Positions 53,767 through 64,000 of a DNA stretch of 64,000 nt are shown here, one piece after another. Origin of the DNA: Octopus sinensis (lineage: Eukaryota); the NCBI RefSeq assembly GCF_006345805.1, contig NW_021831989.1, positions 496,001 to 560,000 of the forward strand. The letters are read 5' to 3'. A model generated the notes under the pieces. The model saw only the letters and a program-made list of their open reading frames with translations, did not search any database and was not told the DNA's origin. The position numbers and the translations under genes were made by a program. Each line of letters opens with the position of its first letter. Position 1 is the stretch's first letter.

Positions 53767-53913
53767 TCGCACATTGGAGTATTGTCCCCAGTTTAATTAA
53801 TATGGAAAGATAAGAGATGCTTAAAATAGATGGAATGTGAACAGACTGTTTTTAAGTATTTTGAAAAAAAATAATAATAACTAAGTTAGAAATATTCCTA
53901 AATAATGAATTCT

Positions 53914-55435
<1,522 letters not shown>

Positions 55436-55819
55436 TACTAACCACGACTATTATTATATTAATTTATTCAATCAGATTAATAAACTTATTTTTCAGATTA
55501 ATAAACACTAGCAAAGTTCTAGTCATATTTATTGGGTGATAATAATATAACCAAGACGGATAACTACAATTTTTATTTTGTGATTAAAAAATCAGTTAAT
55601 TTTAATCAAGTATTTTGTTTATTCGCATCGAACTCATATTTGCTTTGAATCTGAATAAATCAAGTATATTTTCCAAAGTCTTCTCCTCAATAGCATTTAT
55701 TTTATTATGTTTAATTTTTTTATTTTATTAAGACCAAAAACACCGTCATAACCATCATTAATTATTTCAGGTGATCCCAGTCTCTTTTAGAAACCTTCGC
55801 ATCTTTTCTCTGTGTTCTA

Positions 55820-56620
55820 CAGCCCATTGTCTAAGAGGTCGGGGATCCCGAACATGGACTTTTTTTCCTGAGGTCTCCACCGTTTTCTTTCACGATTTCT
55901 TTTAGTTCCTTTGGTTAAATTTTGTTCTCCGTGATATTCGCTAAGAGGTTTACATTCTCCATTTGAATATTGTCGATTTTTTGAGATTTGTATATGCTAG
56001 ATTTCTTCCCCATACTGTACATCCGTAACCAATTGTCGGTTTAATGTATTGGGTGTATAGAGACTTTAATCCGTAAGTTTCTTTGGCGTCTTCTAAGTTT
56101 CCTAGAAATGCTTTAAGAAAGTTTTATAATGTTCAGAAATTGTTGGCTGCAGTCCTCTTCATCACTACTTTTATCATCCCAGAAACTCTCCAAAATTGCA
56201 TTTTCCACAATATCCGAATCAATCAGACTTTCTCCGATGTTTTCTTCTTCCTGACAGTCATATTCCAAAGCTTTTTCAAAGCAATGTTGTATTGAAATGT
56301 CTGTAATCACGTCCCATGCCAATTTCGAACATGAAATAGCATCCAATATTATGATTCCCTTTATTGCTTCATTTATTTGTCCTGCAAGATTTTTATTATA
56401 GACAATCGTTTTCATAATCCAGTTATTGAAATTATTCTTAAATGCCTTTATTATCCTTTGGTAATATAGCTGAATTAACGAACTGTTATTTTTTGGGAAA
56501 AATATTACGTTTACGTTTGAAAGTTTGGCAGAAACAGCATGGCAAGCTGCATTGTCAATTAACAATGATATTTTTCTTCTTTTCTCCCTTATTTCCTCGT
56601 TAAATCGAGATAACCAACAT
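55820..56620 (-). mobile_element. pogo/Tigger-like transposase remnant
   Basis: LLIDNAACH, FFPKNNSSLIQ..QRIIKAFK, AWDVIT...IQHCF. Confidence 0.75.
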
Positions 56621-56639
56621 ATTTTTTATTCTATTACAA

Positions 56640-57830
56640 CTATCAATTGAGGATCGGTAGCCGTGCCTGAGGGGAATCACTCGTAATGAGGACTGAGTTG
56701 TTGTGTGGGCACTTAGTCTAATCCGTAGCATCAATGATGATATCACAGAAACAATTTACGCAGACGACGTAAACTTCATATCTGAAGACACGAGATTTTT
56801 AGGCATAATCATACATGAAACCAAATAAATTCTTAGCAAGTGGTGTTTAAATACTAATATCGACAAAACAGAATTTACATTCATTGGAAGGAAAACCACG
56901 TACATATAGAGGAAAGATGATTTTGAATGGGCTATTTTACCCATTGAAGCTTAAACAAATCTGTAGATTTTTTCTTCAAAGCCAAAAGACAAAAGGCTGG
57001 AAATGGCAAAGATAACATTCTGTTTTCATCCCGTAAAAATCAAGAATTTACAGCAAAAATAAACCACTGATTGGATGAAATTCTAGAACTTCACTGGGAA
57101 GAGCAAAAATACTCGCTCTAATTTAAGAGGAAATTAACAAAAATTGGCAACCCTCAGAGAGATTCTCTCTCCCTTACTATTTGTGATGTACCTCGAAGCT
57201 ACGACGACGTGTTTCACAGAAAACAGCTTAGACTGTTATTTGATGTGAACTGGCCTGCCAGAATTTTAAATTCGGGAATTTACAACAAATGCAGAAGTAG
57301 GTCTCTAAGCCAGGATATCACTGACGTCAGCCTGTTTGGCCATGTTCTGCGTATGGATCTCGATTCCCCAGCCATCGTTTAATTTCCTCTCGTTTAAAAT
57401 AAAAATATCGTCGTTATTAAGAATTTTTGATCTTCCTGAACTTTTCAGTCTTTCATTGGGACCATTTTTAATAAATTTTCTGATGAAGTCCGCCTACAAA
57501 TTATTCCACTATTTACTTAATTAAATCAATTATTTGATTTATGAGAAGGTATTCAGTACATACCTCTCTAGGGGACATAGCCCATTGTCTGTTCGTTCTA
57601 ATTCAACTGACGTGTGCACTAAATGATCGTGTGCTTTTCAAAACTCCATAGATAAATTAAACAAATACCCAATGCTAGGGATACTTTGGAACATTCGTTG
57701 AATACTAAATGTTTAATACATATACCGTTTCGAATAGGAGTATTAATTCTACAATCTTGTTTAAAACAAGACCAGGTTGCATTGTCTCTCGGGACCTTAC
57801 AGATTTTCAATATAAAAGTTTTTATTCTTT
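56640..57830. mobile_element. Mosaic of TE debris: RTE pieces (+), Tc1 N-terminus (-, 57370-57510), Merlin/ISXO2-like N-terminus (-, 57600-57830)
   Basis: YADDVNF and PQRDSLSPLLF (RTE); ADFIRKFIKNG..SGR (same family as the 31039 Tc1); WSCFKQDCR..PIRNG (Merlin-like). Confidence 0.55.
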
Positions 57831-60096
57831 GGAAATTATTATTTAGATTAAAGCATTACTGTTTGTTAAACTGTGATTGTCTATTGATCATTATAAGGAT
57901 ATACATAATCTGTTTGTGAATCTAAAACAAACAATTTCTTATTTGTATGCCCAGAAATGATTTTTAGAAATATTCTTTAATGTACATTGCCAGTGCAGAC
58001 AACAAATACATTCTCTCGACATGGATTGCATACAAGTCAACTGCAACTTTTCATATTGAATTAAAAACATTTAAATCTCATAATGAAAGAACAAATTCAG
58101 GAATATACGGAATGATAATGGAATTATTCAGAATTATCTGGATTGTCAGTTTTTTGCCCTTGGACACAATAATAAAGCTGTTATGATCATACTTTCTGGA
58201 TATTTTTTGTAGATTTTTAAAAATCACTAATAATTGATTTAAAGAATATTTTTAAGCAAACAATAAGTGGGTCAATAAAATCTGCCCCCAATTAGTCTGG
58301 ACGTGTTGTATCAAATGGTGGACTCGTTGGGGATATCGGCTGCGGCTATTTTCTTTTTGGGAATATTTGGATATGGATTGACCATTTCTTTCAAAAAACG
58401 AAAAGACTGACCACTCACCCACAAGTTCGATTGAGCTAAATGATATTTGGTCATTGATGTAGAGTTTCAATAAATAGTAAGGAGCAAATAGAAAAATAAT
58501 CTTAACCTATTGAATGTATTACTAAATAAGTGGAAATTCTAGTCGATTAAAGACCGTTATACTAGATAGTAATGTTGGAAAGCTTAATGATGGAATATAC
58601 TTTAAATAAGTTATGATAAATTTTTTGGCTAAAGAACCTTGAAATGTTTTTTTCGGAGCTGTGTATAGACAACTCGTCCATTTAAAATTTTTTTGCTTAT
58701 AAAGGACAGCTATATTGTAGTACATATAAACCCGGAGTTTAATAAGAACTTTTGTATTCAGTCAAAAGAAAACATTTCGTTTGATTTAGATTTAGGTCCA
58801 TTAGCTAGCATCTAAGCTTTGACTATTGCTTTTACTAAAATACTCCATCGACTCAAATAGGAGCAACAATCAGCATTGTAGCACTTAAAAAACTGTTCGA
58901 TAGTAGTGTGGGATACTTGATTAGAAAATGATTTGAAAACTAGAATTACAAACGCCTATGACCTTAAAAAAACACAGCAGTCTTTCAAATCTCAGTCTAG
59001 ACAGCCTGACACCATCAAATTTTCTTAAATAACAACCATTTATAGATTTCATTAAACTCTTTGAAATGAAATTGGTCTCCAGCAGTCGCAATCAAAAAGG
59101 TCACACATGAGGATAAAAACAATTATAAATCTGTAAACAAAAATATAATTCATATTAATTCAGTGATGGTAAATTAATTATGTGGAAACGTCACAAATCC
59201 AAATCCATAATGTCAGAATGTACGTAGTCCACTCTCAAACACAATATTTGCCTGATCTCTACTTGAGAAAGACGCCAAGAGATTTGTTCAGCGTTCCAGA
59301 TGGAGACTACCTCTTGCAACTAGGCAATTAAAGTCTTCCACCAACCGAATTTGTAGTAAGAACTGACAGTATTTGCAAGATACGTACAAAATTGTCACGA
59401 TAAGCCCAGGTCGACATTGCAATAATGTGATTAGACAAAATCCTAACCTCCTTTTCCAATAACACGGATTGAGTCTAAGAATATAACAAAAAGTTGTACA
59501 ATGTCAAAACAGGTCCTAAAATTGCTTTTTCGACCAAATTAGTCAGTTCCCTTACTGAAACGTCGAGGAAACGCTCATAGTTTGCTTCTGTAAGTTCTTT
59601 CTAAACAATTACTAAAAAACACAACCTTGAAAAGAGAAAAAAACTCGTTGACTTGTTCACAAATATTTGCACAATTCGCATCAATTTCATAATCATCAAT
59701 CACTTTCTGACATGTGCGGTCTGACATTAAAAAGTTGCCATATTTTGCATCACCTGTTCATTTTGGTCAAGAGGGAATAGAAAAAGTCTTTCCTCTGCCA
59801 GACCTGACCAAACAACAGCAGGCAATGATACACCTTGCACTGCCATTCCTTGAGGCAGAAATAAAATCTGGACTTGATTACTTCAATTAACATTTATCTC
59901 ATAATTCTGATTCTGCTAATAACAACAAACATCGTTGATGATAAAATCATTTTGGGACAGATGAAAAAATCGAGAGGCAGTTACCGCGTAGAATAGAGAC
60001 CGAGACGCGCTGGAAGAGCTATCTGCAAGAGCCAAATATTTAACTTTAGATAATTAATTCCTCGTTAAATTCTTCTATTTAAAATATTTTCCCGTA

Positions 60097-61309
60097 ATGT
60101 TTCCGATGCTAATTCTTTTGCTATCCTTAATTTCCCAGACTGAAAATGAGTGCCCATCTCCGTTTTTTAATCCATCTCAAAAGTCTAGAAATTAATTTGA
60201 ATAATAAAGTTTACAAAAATTGCCAACTTTTGAACATACCTCTCCTTGATAATGGTCCGACAGTTCAAATTTTGTTGATACTGTTTCTATTAATTGTTAG
60301 AGATGTTTCTTACAACAACATTCGTCTTCTCAATGATAATTCTTTTACTGAAATGCCATAGCTTATTAATTTGTAGCAATTTTTTGGTAGACTCTAGAAA
60401 TTTGGAACACAACTCGGTAAAATCAATCACACGTAGAACATTCGACAAAATCCAAAATTTAACATCATTGTAGTCCTTTTTTTAATCGAAGGAATTTGAA
60501 TAATAATTTATTAACCAGTTTTGAAATGGGGACATTTGACAGCCTAACAAGCCTCCAAATACTGTACAAAATTATTCATTTTAAAACTAAAAGTTCATTC
60601 AGCGCCAACCAAATCACTTCACTTGGAAAATTGTTTGATCAAAATGACAAACTTGCTAATATGTTTGCTAAATTTGTAAAATTAAGCAATTTTCTCGACA
60701 ACCCTATAAAAGTGGTAGACATGAGGATCTTTACTGTTGGAAATCAAAATTTTGCGTTTTTTTGTTTATAATTTTAGATCTATTTCATTTTCAAATCCAA
60801 ACGTGACATGTGCTTTTAATCTTGCGCTATATTCTATGTACATTTCATAAATCTAATAGCAAGTTTTATAAAACCTCAAGAAAACAACAACAAACCAATT
60901 ATATATACATTTACAGAACAAGATGCTGCAATAAAAAAGTTATAGACATTTTGTGACAGATAGCTCACGTTATATAAATAGATTTTGTCCAATTCAAAAT
61001 GTTACAGAAGAATGTAGGTATGCAAGAAATGGTATTTCTCAAATAAATTTATATTAAGAATGCCAACGACCCGATTTAGCACCACACCAGACTTCAACAG
61101 CTTCAATAATGTCAGAAGTAACGGCAACGACCTTAACAGTTAAACCAATCGATTTAGCACCACAGAATACTTCAACAGCTTCAACAATGTCAAAAGGAAC
61201 AGTAGCGACCTCACCAGTTGCAACCAATCGTCCATTTGAAAACAAAAAAGAACAAAATTCACTTATTTTGACGTATTCGCTTGGCATTTTAATACCACTT
61301 GTCATTTAA
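60097..61309 (+). pseudogene. Secreted/GPI-type LRR protein with Thr/Ser-rich stalk; in-frame TAG at 60359-60361
   Basis: Signal peptide MFPMLILLLSLIS; LRR exons of 72, 72, 72, 69 and 69 nt (LDVSYNNI, LNLEHNSV, LNLNNNLL, LSFSANQI, INFLDNPI); duplicated DLAP..TSTAS.MS stalk; hydrophobic C-terminal tail. Confidence 0.72.
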
Positions 61310-61464
61310 AAACTTGGCATTCAAAAACATGCCTCCTTCCCCTACTCTTTCTCATTTGTTATCTTTGGATTTAAAACCAGTGGTGTTATCTGTGTAGTAT
61401 TCTTTCTGAGCTCGCAGGTTCTTGATAAAACCATGACAAGTATATATATTTACTAAAAAATTAA

Positions 61465-61740
61465 ATCTTGCTCTGTCCGCTGTCGATCCTGGACTCGCTT
61501 CGAGGCTGGCCGAGGATCGAAAGATTCTCAAGTACCGCCACCTCTACAATTCGCTTCTTTTTACTCCAGTCTTCAGTAATCTTCGGGGCCACGACGCTCC
61601 GTTTCCTTCGCACGGTCGACGGATATCAAAGATAAGACAGGATTCCAGAGAGTTATCTTGGCTTTTGAAACATCTGTCGATATCCGTGATCCGTGGGAAT
61701 GGCTTTATTATGGCGATAAAAATTTGCTGATTTTTTTCTT
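61465..61740 (+). mobile_element. CRE-like 3' fragment
   Basis: Similar to the reverse complement of 40530-40790; a further CRE 3' scrap lies at about 59960-60035 (-). Confidence 0.7.
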
Positions 61741-61949
61741 GTTCGTAAAAGATCAAATCAGTTAGGTACCAGCTATCCATAGCCTTCGTGGCAATTACAA
61801 AACAGTCAAAAAAGTTTGATATTTCTAACAAAAAGGACATCTTTCCTTATATGTCCATTTACCTAGACTTCGTTTTTTGACCGGTAGCAGTATACAACCG
61901 GCAGCATTTTGCAAACCAGTAGCAACATACCATCCGGCCATTAATTAAG

Positions 61950-62650
61950 GACATGGAGATAAGAACACTGGCATTCGCTATTCACCAAGAATGCCACTGG
62001 GGAATACTAAAGCTTCACAAGAAGTGCTGTGAATTTTATTTTACTGTGAAACGCCCTATTATCAAACAAATTATAAAAGACTGCAAAATTTGTAAAGTAT
62101 TTTTGATTAAATATACTTAGGTATCCGATTCTAATTACTATGTACGGCAAGAAGTCCAAATGAAAGATTTCAGGCGGATCTTATTGATGTTAGAAGATAT
62201 AAAGATTTTAACGATGGATATAATTGGATATTAACAATTATTGACATCTACAGCAAATTCGTAGTCTGCAAATCCTCAAAAAATAAATCTGTTTTTGGTA
62301 AAACTTAACATTTACTTTAAGAAGTAGAAATAAATTAAAAAAAATTTTTCGTCAAATTGGATATTGTCAAATTTTACAAACGAACAACGGATTGGAATTC
62401 AAAAATCAACTGATGGATCAACTATGCGGAGAAAATAAACTCAAACATATTTATGGAAGACCAAATTATATCCAGTCACAAGTTTATAAATTTGAAATAA
62501 ATTAGGGTGTAATTGAGCGCTTTAACGAAACATTGACACGGGGTATGGCAAAACTGATGGATAAAGAAGGAACTAAAAATTGGAAACAATTTTTGGACAA
62601 AGTAACTTTTTCTTATAATACGACACACCACTCGGCGATCAATGAGAAAG
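61950..62650 (+). mobile_element. Ginger2/KRABA2-type integrase pseudogene with three 24-nt introns
   Basis: HQECHWG...CKIC HHCC finger; ERFQADLID, WILTIIDIYSKF, LQTNNGLEF, GRP..QSQ|GVIERFN, W...L..V.FSYN..HHS. Introns at 62097-62120, 62298-62321, 62482-62505. Confidence 0.82.
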
Positions 62651-63022
62651 GGTATTTTCGAAATTAACACTGTGATTCATGAAATACCAGGTTGTAATCT
62701 TATTTATAATTTAGATGAAAATAATGAGACATCGTTTGTCGAAGATAAACTTAATGGTAAATTTACGATGCATTTATTTTTAGAAACGAATAATAAAATT
62801 TTTTATTTCACTCCTCCAGGCATGAATTCATCTTATTTTAAAAGAATGAATAAAAAGGGGAGTACACAGGTCAAAATATGATTTCGAAATAGGAATGAGG
62901 TATAATTAAATAATAACAGTTTAAGATCGAAGCTTAAAAAATTGTGGGACGAATCCGTCATTGAAGCTACACAGATTTGAATCCACAAGAAAATGAATGT
63001 AAAAAATATAATGTCTAATAAC

Positions 63023-64000
63023 TAGGGCAACCGGAAAGTTGCTCTTAAAAATGTAAAAAATTGACCTTAAAAGTCAACTAAATTGCTTCAAAAAATAAAA
63101 AAAGTTGACATAATATGCATAAAAAGTTGCCCCAAGAAACAGAAATTTATTTATTAAAGCACAACATTAAATAATATTTAACATTTTCAGGTAAGAAATT
63201 TCTATCTTTGGTTAAAATTTTGTGAAGAATAGAAAACGATCTTTCTACTTCACACGATGTTGCCGGGCAATCCAATAATAATGCGTGGTGAAATGAAGTA
63301 ATTGGTAGCTTAGATAACTCCATTATTTTGAAAATGTCTTTTCTTGAAATTCGTAAGCTTATGTAGTCTCGAATTTTGCATTGGGAGCTGTATTGATTGC
63401 AATACAATCAATTAAAAAATATTCTTTTGGATTTTTTAACGTTCCAACAAGACAATTAATATACTTCTCTTTTCCAAAATCACTTTCGTCAATCATTAAA
63501 ACAATTTGTTCACTTGAAACTGTGTTAATAATTTGTGAAACCATCCTTTCACCTAGAAATGTAACAATGTCTCTGCATTTGGTTTCCGAAGGAACAGAAT
63601 GTCCATATTTATTAAAAAAACCAATAATTGATGTATTTCGTAACTTATGAAGTGGAATATTTGCTGATAAAAATGCATTTACAAGATCCACGGCAAAACA
63701 ATCAGCAGTAACCTCATTTTTACTATGAGTATCCAAAGTATTATTCGTATCTGGGATTCTCAGAATATGCTTTTTAGAATGTCTGTGCTTATCAATAAAC
63801 CATTGCTTATTAGCAGTTACGTAAGAATTACATAATTTGCAGAATAATTTTCCATCCAGTGAAGATGAAAACTCCTTAGGATATTTTTTAACAATAGAAG
63901 AAATTCGCTTAGTGTTGGAACTCCTGTTTTTAAGCATTGTAAAAAAGCAGTCAACAAAAAGCGAAGAAACGTTGTTGTTGCATAACCCCGGTCTCACATT
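63023..64000 (-). mobile_element. hAT-superfamily transposon (CGGBP1-like N-terminus), runs off the window end
   Basis: LFCKLC..HRHSKKH zinc finger, ANIPLHKL, LMIDES, PATSCEVERSFS..DR; terminus TAGGGCAACCGG at 63023. Confidence 0.8.

Noticed and set aside
56650-56730. Possible HDV-like ribozyme upstream of RTE debris (GACTGAGT/ACTTAGTC and GTGCCT/GGGCAC pairings)
   Set aside because: The nested double pseudoknot and catalytic C could not be assigned, and the position is not a clear RTE 5' end.
55821-57590. 12-bp direct repeat AGCCCATTGTCT as the TSD of one composite element
   Set aside because: No matching TIRs or tail define a single element; the interior is mixed TE debris.
60359-60361. 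In-frame TAG as evidence for a ciliate-like TAG=Gln genetic code
   Set aside because: RRM2 and WDR61 end at TAG, other genes end at TAA or TGA, and the conserved genes have no internal stops. A point mutation or sequencing error is simpler.

Overview
AT-rich animal (metazoan) nuclear DNA with a highly compacted gene architecture. About 13 host genes (PIH1D2, HP1/CBX, RRM2, WDR61, DHX35, IQGAP, SMARCB1, BET1L, a CARD-caspase, a Src-family kinase, STK38/NDR, an LRR surface protein, plus orphan candidates) are split by very short spliceosomal introns, mostly 22-30 nt. Their splice signals are reduced to little more than GT...AG, and two are GC-AG. Gene blocks alternate with islands of nested transposons: RTE, CRE-like and jockey/L2-like LINEs, hAT, Tc1 (one intact DD35E ORF), pogo, Merlin-like, Ginger2-type integrase elements and a tRNA-derived SINE. 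Highlights: (i) apparently length-defined mini-intron splicing; (ii) DNA-transposon genes (Ginger2 integrases, a Buster/Charlie hAT transposase) carrying host-sized mini-introns; (iii) a twin-primed RTE insertion whose 14-bp TSD contains a branch-point/acceptor motif; (iv) a one-LRR-per-exon, GPI-type surface protein. The architecture suggests a reduced parasitic metazoan (dicyemid or myxozoan type), which is inference only. All gene models were spliced by eye and coordinates of decayed TE fragments are approximate.
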